Part shown: positions 37,285 to 47,666 of the stretch, piece by piece
Position numbering within the stretch: the first letter of the stretch is position 1
Layout of the letters: each line of letters starts with the position of its first letter
DNA from: a virus
Taxonomy: Duplodnaviria; Caudoviricetes
Length of the DNA stretch: 64,000 nucleotides
Reading direction: 5' to 3' (one strand)
IMG/VR virus record: IMGVR_UViG_3300005326_000040
Location: 64,001-128,000 of that record
The notes under the pieces: generated by a model
What the model was told of the DNA's origin: nothing
The model's database searches: none
Seen by the model: only the letters and a program-made list of their open reading frames with translations
Made by a program: the position numbers and the translations under genes

Positions 37285-40200
37285 ATGCTCATGAGCGAAA
37301 AGTTTACTCCTCGGCAAACGATTCGAGATTTTGTTGCGCCAGAAGAAGACCCACACACTGCATATTATTACAATCTAAATGATGATATGCTTTATCCCTA
37401 TTGGGAATATGGGGAAGAGCTTCTTCCATATTTGGATGAGGAAGAAGAATTGATGACGGAACCTGATAACGATTACTTTTCTTTTTCTCCAGAAATCGTA
37501 CACCTGATGACAATTCGGGAAACAAGAACAACGAACGAAGTTTTCGTTTGCTAAGCATATAACAGCGGCAAAGAAGGACAAAAATGACATACCAGGAATT
37601 GCTGGAACAATTGAGTGGTCTTTCAAAGGAACAGCTTCAACAAGATGTAACGATTGTAGCTCTTGGTTTGGCTGAAGCTCTTCCTATTTTGGATTGTGTT
37701 ACGACGTGGCATGTTGAAGAAAAGGATATTGAGCCTTTGGGAATTAATATTGCTGAAAACATTTTGGATAAAGATAGCGTATATTTGACAATTGACATCT
37801 AAAAGGTCTAATATGGCGAGCTTCATCTTTCTGACGACAAAGCCTTTGCGCATTGAGGATGGGGATGAGGAGAAGATGTACACGGTCAAGCGGCTTGGAG
37901 AGGCAAAGAAATCCGAGCTAGGGATGCATGATTCCGTATACTTCAAGTTTGAAATGGACAACATGAAGTTCCAGGATTTGGGAACAGTTCGGACGTACCT
38001 GATGATGAAGTGCGGCCGAAGGGTTGTGAAAACGGAAGAAGAATGAACAAAAACGAATTGATTGCGCTGCTGGATAAGGTTCCTGATGACGCTGAGATTT
38101 ACGTTTGTGTGAACGGGGAAGATTGTTACCCCGCCAAGGTAAACGGATTTTACGAAGCTGCGGTTGATATAACCGTTATTTATTTCCATCCTAAGTCTGG
38201 CACCGGCAACCATTTGAATTTTCCCAAGGAACGATTGGGAAGAGTGGTGAAGGTTCTATAGTAAGTTTTTTCAGGAGAACATGACCATGGAAAACAACTT
38301 CAAAAGCAAGTTCAATTTCGACTTCCCTTTCCAGGCAGAGCTTAAAGTTGTAAAGGCCCGAAGGTTTATGAAGATTGCTTGGAACCCTGACAATACGGTT
38401 CCTTTCAATGTCTATGCAACTTATCCTTCAGCGGTCAATATTATTCAGTGCCTTTGCCCTCGATGCAAGAACGAAACTGGCATCACAAAGTTTGGTCAGG
38501 AAAAAGCCTGCAAGCATTGTGGGCTCTCGATCGGTCTGGGCTATGATCACAACATGGAGAGTTTTGTTTTCACCACCGAGGAGTGTAACGAAAGAGAAAT
38601 GGAGAGGCGCGAAAAGGCAAAGCTTCGAGATCAACGCAAGGCGATGATTGTTAATGAAACCAAGGCGGCAATTATTCAATTGGCGAAGCAAGTTGAGCAA
38701 CGGCAGGAGTTTTTGAGGGTAAGCTGAATGAATGAAGAGGAGCTTCGTAATCTTCTAGCTGACATCTTCGGGCATTTGCCGCCGGTTACAGACAAAACCA
38801 TGGCGGTTCGGATGGATAAGGTCGGCGATCAGAAGTTTCATTGGGAAAATGGCGTTGATGTTCGGGTGAGCATCAAGCAGCTTCGGATGATTCAGGAATT
38901 GATTTCGTCCAAATAGGAGACAGACATGAGCGTACTCAACAGACTTCGATACGACGTTCGGCGGGAAATGAACAATCTTTCCAAGCGCATTGTTGCCGCT
39001 GTGAAGCTGGTTGTTCTTGGTCCTGAGCCTGTGGTTAATACTCAGCTTGGAAAGCTGGACAAGATTGATAGGGGTTGTTGTCCTATTTGTTCGGCGAAAG
39101 CGCAATCGTTTCTCAAGAAGGAACAACATACTTGTGGGGATTGGAATGAGTATGTTCAGTACCGTTGCGGCGCTGAGCTTCATTACAGTCCCAATTACGG
39201 CAGGGTTGAGTTTGAACGTTCCTGTCCAGAATTCAAAACGATTCTTGACAAGACCATCAATCATTTTGGTGGGCAAGAGAAGTTGTTCAAGACGATTGGA
39301 TACAAGCCTTCAAGCCTTGTGACCCGTTACGTACGGTCGTATTATATTTGATTGAAAATCATTTTTGACATTTTGCGAAGGCGAAAATATAATGCCAAGA
39401 ACATTTCAGAAAATGAACAAGGTTCTTGCAGATAGAATCATTGCCAGATTGCGCGCAAAAGAAATACAAAAACAACGAGAAGAATCATTTACATGTCTTG
39501 CGTTGGTTCTTCAGGTTAATGGTTTCCCTGGTGCCGTAGATTATGTTGATATAGACAAAAGAGGCAAGAATCGAATTCTTCCTTCCGCTGTATGTTTTGC
39601 CCAAAATAGTGAACAAGGACTTGAAACGCTAAAGAAAATGCGGGAGTTGGCTTGGGACAATATGGGCGGATACCATTTCCGCATCGCTAAAGTAAAGGTT
39701 GTTGTTCAAGAACAAGAGTCTTTGAAAGAAATGTACGAGGCTGTGGATGCTTTGAATAAACGACGCAGAGCCGAAAAGGATTGAGGAAAAAATCAATGAA
39801 CACACATCCTCCATGGTGGCCCAGTCAATTACAAGGGGAGCCATGGGATTGCATTACGCTCAACTCCATTGAAATGGTAGGCGGGCCTAATGATGCTGAC
39901 CGGTTTGCGTCTGAAATTGCGGAAGAAAACACCAGTGACCATGAAGTATGGGAGTTGATTCCATCAAGCGACGAGCTTTATAAACCGGCAATTGCTGAGA
40001 TGCGTAGACGTTTTGCGTCTGATAACGGTGGTTGCAAAATAGACGACGATGGACGTATACAATTCAGCGACGGCGTAGTAGCATGGTTACGTTTGTTGCG
40101 GTTTAGAAAGGTTTACAAATGAACGTACGAGAAGCCATCGAACTCTTGAGCAAGCAAAGCCCTGAAGCTATTCTCGTGGCATATAACGAGGATGATTCAA

Positions 40201-40658
40201 GGTTTGTTGAGTGCAATAATATTTTTACCGTAGGCTCAGATAGAGATGTTCTTTTGAAAAACCCCAACACATCTGGGTCTACAACTTGCGTATGTTTTGA
40301 TACAATTTATCCTTATTGATTTCGGCAGGTACGAATGTTTACACCACATGAAGAGGAATAAATGCCAGACGATTACAAAGAGGAACTAAACAAACACAAG
40401 GAAGCTCGTCAAGCTCCCGCTGAAAATGAGGAACCCAAACGTCTTGGTAAGAAAGACACCAAGAGATGGTGTAAGGGAAAGGTTGGGCGGGAGCATGAAA
40501 CTGTTTGCATGACATATGGTGAGATGAAAGGAGAAAGCAATTACTTTGGTTTCTTTTCAAACTGGTACTATTTGGTCTGTAAGAAGTGTGGAAAGGAACT
40601 TGAGTCCTGGAGTCCTAGAAGCAAGAAACGAAAAGCAAAGCCTGATTGGGTGAAGTGA
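37285..40658 (+). other. Eleven hypothetical CDSs
   Basis: 37285-37554, 37584-37802, 37792-38046, about 38043-38261, 38281-38727, 38728-38916, 38926-39351, about 39392-39784, 39781-40122, 40119-40319, 40362-40658; several start MxxxELIxLLxxxP. Confidence 0.7.
39365..39393 (+). promoter_or_regulatory. Consensus sigma70 promoter
   Basis: TTGACA-17 nt-TATAAT. Confidence 0.8.
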
Positions 40659-40694
40659 TTTTCAAAGGAGAAGCCATGAACGAAAGAGGATTAG

Positions 40695-41081
40695 ATGATA
40701 GAGTATCCCACTCTTTTTGCATTATCTAAGTTTGCTGATGAACCCCCTGTTCGATGCTTGAGGTTGTCCTTTTCTAATAACGATTGGACTTGCAGAGTGT
40801 ATAGTGCCAAGGGTTCTATAGTGCCTAGAATCCCTATGGATTCAGATAAAAAATTCAACATATATATTAACCGATTTATCCATGGTGGCAAACACAATAT
40901 ATTTGATTCTACACCGGCATATGTTGCGGCTAAACCTATGCTTCAGTTTTTGTTTGATTCCACATATCCTGACTCCGAAGTCAGAAAGATAGCCGCTCAT
41001 CTTATTGTTTCAAAGTGCGTTCTTTATCGTGTATTGATTACAATATTTCCTGAAATCTTTGAAAAGGCAGCGGCGCTATGA
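40695..41081 (+). CDS. DYP-family paralog 1
   Basis: EYPTLFAL...SKCVLYRVLITIFPE. Confidence 0.8.
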   Translation: MIEYPTLFALSKFADEPPVRCLRLSFSNNDWTCRVYSAKGSIVPRIPMDSDKKFNIYINRFIHGGKHNIFDSTPAYVAAKPMLQFLFDSTYPDSEVRKIAAHLIVSKCVLYRVLITIFPEIFEKAAAL

Positions 41082-41746
41082 GTTATCGAGGAGAACTAGA
41101 GAATAAGTATACGGTTATTTGTCGGCGATGCGGTAGAAAAAGTATTGACGCGAACAGACATCCCGCTCAAAAGTATGCAAAGGATTGTCCTTACGGCTGT
41201 ATGAAGCCTGAGGTTTGCCCCAAATGTTTGAAGCGCAATACGCACCAGCATGACCCGAAGAATCCGACGTTGCATGAGTGTTATGATTGTGGAAAAGAGT
41301 ATAGCGTCAAGCAGTAAGTTGTTTTCTAATTATTAAAATGTTAGTTACAAAAGGAAAACATCATGAACTCCAATAAGACCATCATTCTCACGACGGCTTT
41401 TGCTATTCTTCCCTTGGTTGCGGCAATTGCGCTGGTGATTACGAATGGAAGTGTTGTTTCTGAACGGTTGACTACGGTAGCTCAGAGCATCAATCGTCCC
41501 GAAGCAGTTCTTCCTGAGCCTATTGTTTTCGCCGAGGCTCCTGTTTTCTATCTTCCTGAGATGGTAATTGTTGGACAGGCGCCGCAGCAGAAGAAGGTTG
41601 AGCCTCAGCTGGTTGTCACTTCTGTGTATGCCTGCGGTGATTTTCGTAAGGAAAAGCTTGTGCCTGGGATGGTAAAGGAATGTGAATGGGTTGACCTCAC
41701 CTTCCTTGAGCCTATGGAAGGAACGGTTGTTTCTTCAAGAAAGTAA
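41078..41746 (+). other. Zn-finger protein 41078-41317 and membrane-anchored protein 41363-41746
   Basis: Multiple CxxC; N-terminal TM helix. Confidence 0.7.
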
Positions 41747-41747
41747 T

Positions 41748-41948
41748 ATGCTAAGTCCTAGCGAGATTATAAATCAATTGATTGGGTCAACGGAAGGGCA
41801 AGTCGCAAACATTCTTCAAGGAGCAGGTTATTTTTGTATGGTGGTTAATCGAGACGGAATGTTTTATCCTACAGTAAATGATTTCAACATCAGTAGGATA
41901 AAAATTCACGTAGTAAATGGCGTTGTAACTAAAGCAAAGATTGGTTAA
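41748..41948 (+). CDS. Small protein resembling peptidase-inhibitor I78/I13 folds
   Basis: VVNRDG...TVNDFNISRIKIHVVNGVVTKAKIG matches the recalled T.D(Y/F)..R.N..V..G.V.....G pattern. Confidence 0.5.
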   Translation: MLSPSEIINQLIGSTEGQVANILQGAGYFCMVVNRDGMFYPTVNDFNISRIKIHVVNGVVTKAKIG

Positions 41949-41976
41949 AACAAACTCCAACATTCAGTTATCCATA

Positions 41977-42324
41977 ATGGCGGACTACCCTTTTTTGGAT
42001 GATATATTTAGTGGCAGAAACCACCTAAGAAATGCGCAGTGGGAAATAGAGGCTTATCCAGACGTAGCAAAAGGCTTAGACCATAGCCTAAACAAAGCAA
42101 CCGCTGTTATTATTTACATCAGGCTAAACTATAACAGAAGCGACTATGTAAACGTCTTGTTTTGTCCCTCGCAATTCCGGTCTAAAGCCAAAGAAATAGT
42201 TTTTATATTGGAGAAGCAGGTTTCCAATAAAGCTTATCTCGCACTGTCTGTATGCGATTTCTATCGAGTATTAAGAGTAACATTTCCTGAGAAATTCAAA
42301 GACTTTAACAAAGAGGAAAAATAA
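41977..42324 (+). CDS. DYP-family paralog 2
   Basis: MADYPFLDDIF...CDFYRVLRVTFPE. Confidence 0.85.
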   Translation: MADYPFLDDIFSGRNHLRNAQWEIEAYPDVAKGLDHSLNKATAVIIYIRLNYNRSDYVNVLFCPSQFRSKAKEIVFILEKQVSNKAYLALSVCDFYRVLRVTFPEKFKDFNKEEK

Positions 42325-42326
42325 TT

Positions 42327-42689
42327 ATGGCGGACTACCCATTTTTAAACGATATATTTGGTGGTGGAGTCCATATCAGAAATGCGCAGTGGGAAATAGA
42401 GATTGGCGTAAACCCATACGGTTGCAGTAATCTAAACAAAGCAACAACCATTATTGCTTATATCAGACAAAACCACAAAGATAAGCACGAAAGAAACAAT
42501 TATGTAAACATCTTGTTTTGTCCTGAGCGATTTCGTGATTGTGCTAAGGAACTAGCTTTTATATTAGACAAGCAGGTGCCAAACAATCCATTTCTCGCAT
42601 TGTCTGTGTGCGATTTCTACCGAGTATTAAGAGTAACATTTCCTGAGAAATTCAAAGACTTTGACAAAGAGGAAAATAATCATGGCTAA
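42327..42689 (+). CDS. DYP-family paralog 3 (recent duplicate of 2)
   Basis: Near-identical 3' about 60 nt. Confidence 0.85.
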   Translation: MADYPFLNDIFGGGVHIRNAQWEIEIGVNPYGCSNLNKATTIIAYIRQNHKDKHERNNYVNILFCPERFRDCAKELAFILDKQVPNNPFLALSVCDFYRVLRVTFPEKFKDFDKEENNHG

Positions 42690-42894
42690 CTGCAATACCT
42701 GTAACGACACTGGTTTCATCAAGGTTGACAATGGTTCTCACGTAAAATGCACCTGCATTATTGCTCGGCTTCAAACGGTCGAGTATCGTCAAAACATTAT
42801 GCTTCGAGCCTGCGGTGTGTTGCTTAAGAACTTTGGCGCTTTTGTTCCGAAGAATCAGGCGTTTGATGATTTGGTAAAGGAAATCAACAAATAG
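42682..42894 (+). CDS. Small CxxC..CxC zinc-finger protein
   Basis: MANCNTCNDTGF...KCTC. Confidence 0.7.
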   Translation: MANCNTCNDTGFIKVDNGSHVKCTCIIARLQTVEYRQNIMLRACGVLLKNFGAFVPKNQAFDDLVKEINK

Positions 42895-42896
42895 AC

Positions 42897-43244
42897 ATGG
42901 GGTATTATCCATCACTTAGCGAACTTTTCAAACAGAATCAGGCTTTCAAACATAACAATAACTGGAAAGTAACTGTATTTTCTCACAGAGAAAACCCACA
43001 TAAATTATTTCAGCTAGCAACAGACGCCACTGAAAAGTTTGATATATTTATTGAACAACGTCAGTCTTCTTCGAGACTTTATACGAATGTCATTGACAAT
43101 GTGCCGCCAGTATTAAAGTTTCTTCTTGACCCAAATAACGCCACGATAGATTCTTTACATTTTGCTGTAAACAAATGTATGCTCTATCGAGTTCTAAAGG
43201 TTTGTTTCCCCGATGACGTTATAGAAAGAGAAGAAGATGGGTGA
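42897..43244 (+). CDS. DYP-family paralog 4
   Basis: MGYYPSLSELF...KCMLYRVLKVCFPD. Confidence 0.85.
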   Translation: MGYYPSLSELFKQNQAFKHNNNWKVTVFSHRENPHKLFQLATDATEKFDIFIEQRQSSSRLYTNVIDNVPPVLKFLLDPNNATIDSLHFAVNKCMLYRVLKVCFPDDVIEREEDG

Positions 43245-43605
43245 TTATCCTCTATTGAGTTCGTTGTTTGTAGGAACAGGTTGTATTTCCAACGAACTAT
43301 GGCAAGTTCAAGCAATGAACAAGAGTGTGGCGGCCGATTTTCCATCTGATAAGGAAACGATTTTTGCAATATGTATTCGAAGAATGACTAGTGTTGATGG
43401 ACATCGAGCGTTTTACAATATCAAACGTTGCAAGAAAGCTTATATAGAAGTTCTAGAATCTAAGGTATTAGATTTCTTTTTCGAAACTATAGAAAAAGAT
43501 AAGGAGAAGAGTCGCCCTTTAAGTTCGTATTACTTTATTGACAAATGTATGCTGTATAAAGTTTTGAATACCTTATTTCCAGAGCGCGTTTGTATAGAAC
43601 CATAG
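43237..43605 (+). CDS. DYP-family paralog 5
   Basis: MGDYPLLSSLF...DKCMLYKVLNTLFPE. Confidence 0.85.
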   Translation: MGDYPLLSSLFVGTGCISNELWQVQAMNKSVAADFPSDKETIFAICIRRMTSVDGHRAFYNIKRCKKAYIEVLESKVLDFFFETIEKDKEKSRPLSSYYFIDKCMLYKVLNTLFPERVCIEP

Positions 43606-43612
43606 GAAAAAC

Positions 43613-43966
43613 ATGGGTGATTATCCCTTATTGAAAGTGTTGTTTAATGAAAGAACTTATATTGGAAATGATTTCTGGCAAATTCAAGTAATGAATAGAA
43701 ATTTGAGCGCAGATTTTCCGGCTGATGAAGAAAAGGAATTTGTAGTATATATTAGAAGGCGAGTTTTTATTGATGGACATTTTGAAACCCACAATATTAA
43801 ACGTAACGACAAAGCTTATGAAGAAGCTCAAAAGGAAAAAGCATTGGAGTTTCTTTTTGGCCTTGACTTGATGAAAACCTTTTCGTCATTTATCGTTGTT
43901 GACAAATGTATGTTGTACAAAATCTTGAACGCCGTATTCCCGGATATTGTTTACGTAAAGGATTAG
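43613..43966 (+). CDS. DYP-family paralog 6
   Basis: MGDYPLLKVLF...DKCMLYKILNAVFPD. Confidence 0.85.
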   Translation: MGDYPLLKVLFNERTYIGNDFWQIQVMNRNLSADFPADEEKEFVVYIRRRVFIDGHFETHNIKRNDKAYEEAQKEKALEFLFGLDLMKTFSSFIVVDKCMLYKILNAVFPDIVYVKD

Positions 43967-43970
43967 TGCA

Positions 43971-45344
43971 ATGAGCAGACATGTTTATAAAGCAAAAGAC
44001 TTCAAAATCGGAAAGTTTGCTTATGATTTTGAGCATGTGCCTGACATCAAGACCGACAAAGTAATATCTATTACGCCCGGCATTTATCTAAACAAAAAGG
44101 TGATTCACGTCAATGGCGCTGTTACCTTTTTGAAATTTGTGCTTAGTTTTGATTTAGCAGTTGGACCGGGTTACAAGGAATAGTCCGTCATGAAACCTAG
44201 TTCATTGGTTTATGGGGTGGGATTTATGGTTGGAGCCATTGGACTTACTATTACCTACGTTGGAGCATACTGTTTGACTACAGGAATTATGATAACATAC
44301 AAGGCACTAAAGCCATGAACGTTGAAAGATGTTCTTCTCAATCATTGACCGACCGAGCGCGCTTCTGTTGTTTGTTTTTTATAATGGCTCGGTGGGGAAA
44401 TAATCCTATTGGTAAAACTCCGCTACGAGTTACTGTAATCTCTTCTGATCAGCAATTTGAATCAAGATATCTTTATACGGATTTGTATTCGCAAGCTCTT
44501 GAATGCCATCCTCTTTTTTCTTGTTATCCTCCTATGAATTGGATTGCCCAGGAAAGGAATGAACATGAACGCTTTCAATAGTTTTTTCAATTGGTTGGTT
44601 TGTTTGTTTTTCCCCCGGAGTATTTGGGGAGACTTGTTGACGCCGAAGGTGAACGTAGAGCCTGTGTTGGAGCCGGTAAAGATCAACAAGCTAAGGTGTC
44701 GTTCTGAATACATGAACAGTCGCTCGACCCATAGGCTGTTTCGTGATAACTATAGCGCCAAGATGAAGTATTATCACTGAGGAATACCATGAAACTTCCC
44801 TTTGGATTTCAACTCAATAAAACCGTTTTCAATAATTCACGATATCTTGATGTTGTTTTGCGCCAAGGCACCAAAGCATTTGCTTTTTTCTCTGTGGGGA
44901 GGGAGCCGAAGATGAAGGTTCATTCGGCTTTGATTGATATTACCGTTGGTTCTTTTACATTGTACTTGGAAGTTCCAAGAAAGACATATCGTTGCGATTA
45001 TAAATTGCCAATCAAACCCTTGAAGTAATTTAGGAACAATGAAAGAGTTTTGTTTTTGCGGCAAAATAGCCCACTGGAGATATCTTCCGGCAGATAGCGA
45101 GATGTGCGAAGAGGTTCGTTGTGAAGACCATGTTCCTCGGGGTTGTTCTTGTAACATAATTGACCCTGATGACCCCAACAGCGAAGAAGAAACTGACCAG
45201 AACGGTCGTCTTCTGCCGTGTTGTGAGTGGGATTACAACGAATATGGAATTGATGAATACGATGATTATCTGACAGAAGAAAGAATTTTTGAATTGGAAG
45301 AAGCGGAAGCGGCTTTCCAAAAGCCGCAAAAGAGTGGTAAATGA
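43971..45344 (+). other. Six small hypothetical CDSs
   Basis: 43971-44183, 44190-44318 (TM, not in track), 44315-44581, 44544-44780, 44789-45028, 45039-45344 (Cys-rich). Confidence 0.65.
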
Positions 45345-45745
45345 ATACATACAAACCTCCTGTCGTAAAGGCTGTTTTCCTTGCCAATAAGGACAGCCAA
45401 CCTACAGTTGTTCAAATTCCATGGGAAGGCTGTAATGTTTCTAGGTTTATTCCTGACCGGGTAACAGTGTATCGTAAAAGACATTTTGGAAAAAATCTGT
45501 TTTTGTTTGTTAATTTTTCAGACAATCCATGTGAGACATACGCCCATCTGGAAAGACCCAAGGAAACAACAAATCTGTTTGGTTTGAACGGTCCTATTTT
45601 GTTTGTTAAACATGTTCCTCCATATGGAGATGTTGGATCTTTTGTTTGCGATGAGATTGCAGAGATTTTCGATGTTATTGAACGGCAACAAATCAGACTT
45701 GCTATTAGAAAGGATAAGAAGAAGAGTGAAACTGTGGCTGGATGA
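45341..45745 (+). CDS. DUF3846-like protein, related to 59081 and 59417
   Basis: KAVFL....QPTVV...FGLNGPILFVK. Confidence 0.5.
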   Translation: MNTYKPPVVKAVFLANKDSQPTVVQIPWEGCNVSRFIPDRVTVYRKRHFGKNLFLFVNFSDNPCETYAHLERPKETTNLFGLNGPILFVKHVPPYGDVGSFVCDEIAEIFDVIERQQIRLAIRKDKKKSETVAG

Positions 45746-46052
45746 TCAGATTGATGACCCGAACACTCCTATGAGGCATCCTCCTGCTGGGTGGTTTGGT
45801 GTAAAGACCCCCAAGCAGGCTATCAAGCTCCTCAAGGCTGGAGGAGTTTCGGAGATTGAGCTTGACCATGACCTTGGGAATAATGTTTTGGGGGACGGAG
45901 CGACGGTCCTGAAGTATATTCAGAAGAGGGTTGTTTGGGACAAGAGTTTTATTCCGCCCAAGATGTTTGTTCATTCCGCAAATCCTGGTGAGGCGGACAT
46001 GATGAGAAAGATGATTAAAAGTATCGAGAGAATTATTGCTGAAAGGTGTTGA
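45726..46052 (+). CDS. Cyclic-phosphate-processing receiver-domain (cREC-type) protein
   Basis: KLWLDD...R.PP.GW..VKT...AI..L....V.EI.LDHDLG....DG..V...I...FVHSANP.E...M. Confidence 0.8.
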   Translation: MKLWLDDQIDDPNTPMRHPPAGWFGVKTPKQAIKLLKAGGVSEIELDHDLGNNVLGDGATVLKYIQKRVVWDKSFIPPKMFVHSANPGEADMMRKMIKSIERIIAERC

Positions 46053-46055
46053 GAG

Positions 46056-46409
46056 ATGAGCGTTTATCGAGACAAGGCGGAGAACAATGGTTTTCCTGAT
46101 GCCCCTAAACCTCCTCCGCCGCAACCTCAGCCTGACCCACTTGCTAATCTGAGATGGCAACTAGCAACACTTGCACTTAGTCTTAAACCTTATTCTCATT
46201 TTTCGTATGATGAAGCCTTTGACGTAGCTATTTCTATTACAGACCCCCGATGCTGCGTTCTATATAAGTTCGACCATTTGCGCGATAAAATGTTTGAGCG
46301 CCTAGATGAAATTATGGAACAAGAAGAAACTCGAAAGCTTGCCAATGCTCCTGAGCCACGAAATATAGCTTACAGTAAATATAGAAAGGGATTGAGATTC
46401 AAGTGGTAG
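46056..46409 (+). CDS. Hypothetical protein, YRD and poly-Pro N-terminus
   Basis: ORF track. Confidence 0.75.
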   Translation: MSVYRDKAENNGFPDAPKPPPPQPQPDPLANLRWQLATLALSLKPYSHFSYDEAFDVAISITDPRCCVLYKFDHLRDKMFERLDEIMEQEETRKLANAPEPRNIAYSKYRKGLRFKW

Positions 46410-46582
46410 AAGTCGAGGACATTAACGATTGTATAAATTGCCACACCAAACGTGAAATTGTTTTATGGCACGAGACAATTAGAAAGTATTTCTTTCGATG
46501 TCTAATGTGTGGAAAGATTGGTCGTCGCGGCAAAACGATTGAAGAAGCTGTGGAGTGTTGGAATAAGGAAAATAGAGGTTGA
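46403..46582 (+). CDS. Lar-like (restriction alleviation family) zinc-ribbon protein, 59 aa, not in track
   Basis: CINCH...FRCLMCG...KTIEEAVECWNKE fits the CxxC..CxxCG..EEA...WN pattern. Confidence 0.55.
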   Translation: MVEVEDINDCINCHTKREIVLWHETIRKYFFRCLMCGKIGRRGKTIEEAVECWNKENRG

Positions 46583-46651
46583 GCAGATAGCTTAAAGGAA
46601 GAGCGTCAACAAGGTTGATGGTTGTAGGTTCAAATCCTGCTCTGCTCACTA
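46581..46651 (+). ncRNA. Anticodon-less tRNA-like RNA 5 (loop AAG, end A-CTA)
   Basis: GAGCAGA/TCTGCTC; TA; GCTT-AAAGGAA-GAGC; TCAAC-AAG-GTTGA; GTAGG-TTCAAAT-CCTGC. Confidence 0.9.
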
Positions 46652-46749
46652 GCATAGTTGTTGCTCGTCATAATAGTTTGGCGCACAGCAATTGTGTGAA
46701 TGCCCGTCCCCAGCGGATTAAATCTGGGTTTGGAAGGAAGAAAAGAAAC

Positions 46750-47583
46750 ATGACTACTTCTCCTGCGTCTTCTCCTGCATCCTCGATCTCTACTGAAGTT
46801 TTTGCCTCTATTTTTGCTGCGGCTGCCGCTGTTCCTGTTGCTACGACTGTTGCTGCGTCTCCTGTTGTCAAGCCTTTGCGAGTTCGTTCTTCTGGAAAGA
46901 AGGGTCAGAAGAAGGGACAGCAGCAGGCTCCTCAGCAGACCGCTCCTGTTGCGCCTTCTATCCCTGGGATTACGGCGCCGCAGGCTCAGTCGTGTTTGGT
47001 TGAGGCAATTGCCACCGTCGTGAAGGCTACATATCCTACCTTGTCGCCTGAAAAGCATCAGGAAGCGGTCGGCGCTGTATGCCACCTTCTGAGTGTATGT
47101 AAGCTGGACCCTGTTCCTGCATACATTAACTCTTATGCTCCTGTGGCTGATTTTGTCAAGGGGAAGTTGGTTTCGGTAACGCAGGCTGCTACACCTGTGG
47201 TACAGCAGCAGGTTTCATCTCAGGTTGTTGTTGCTCCGGTGTTGGGGTACTATCACCAGTTCAATAGCAACGGAGAAAATACGAAGTATCTTCCTGCTCA
47301 GTATCACATTCTTGCTTCAAATGAAACCCCGGTGAAGTCGGCGTCTGTGGTTATCGTTGTTGAGCATTGGGCGGCGACTGACAAGTATCCTTCGCCCTCG
47401 ATCAAGGTAAAGGCTCTTCCGGTTGTTGTCAGGCAGCTTCCTGATAACCGTATTGGTGGCTTGATGATGTCTGGACAGTATAAAACGCTGCATGAAGTTT
47501 CGATCAAGTCCATTGATGATGGACCGAAGGCTGTGGCAGCGATGAAGGTTCTGCTGGAGATTTCCGGCAAGTGGGCGCAGTAA
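46750..47583 (+). CDS. Ala/Pro/Gln-rich protein, paralog of 6354-7055
   Basis: APQ....EAI..VV...YPTL; Y...A.FV. Confidence 0.85.
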   Translation: MTTSPASSPASSISTEVFASIFAAAAAVPVATTVAASPVVKPLRVRSSGKKGQKKGQQQAPQQTAPVAPSIPGITAPQAQSCLVEAIATVVKATYPTLSPEKHQEAVGAVCHLLSVCKLDPVPAYINSYAPVADFVKGKLVSVTQAATPVVQQQVSSQVVVAPVLGYYHQFNSNGENTKYLPAQYHILASNETPVKSASVVIVVEHWAATDKYPSPSIKVKALPVVVRQLPDNRIGGLMMSGQYKTLHEVSIKSIDDGPKAVAAMKVLLEISGKWAQ

Positions 47584-47666
47584 ACCTATAAACCAGCATA
47601 AAGATATATAATAGGAGGTAATGTTGCCATACCCTAATTGGTTTCATTAGTTTCTCTAACAAGGAG

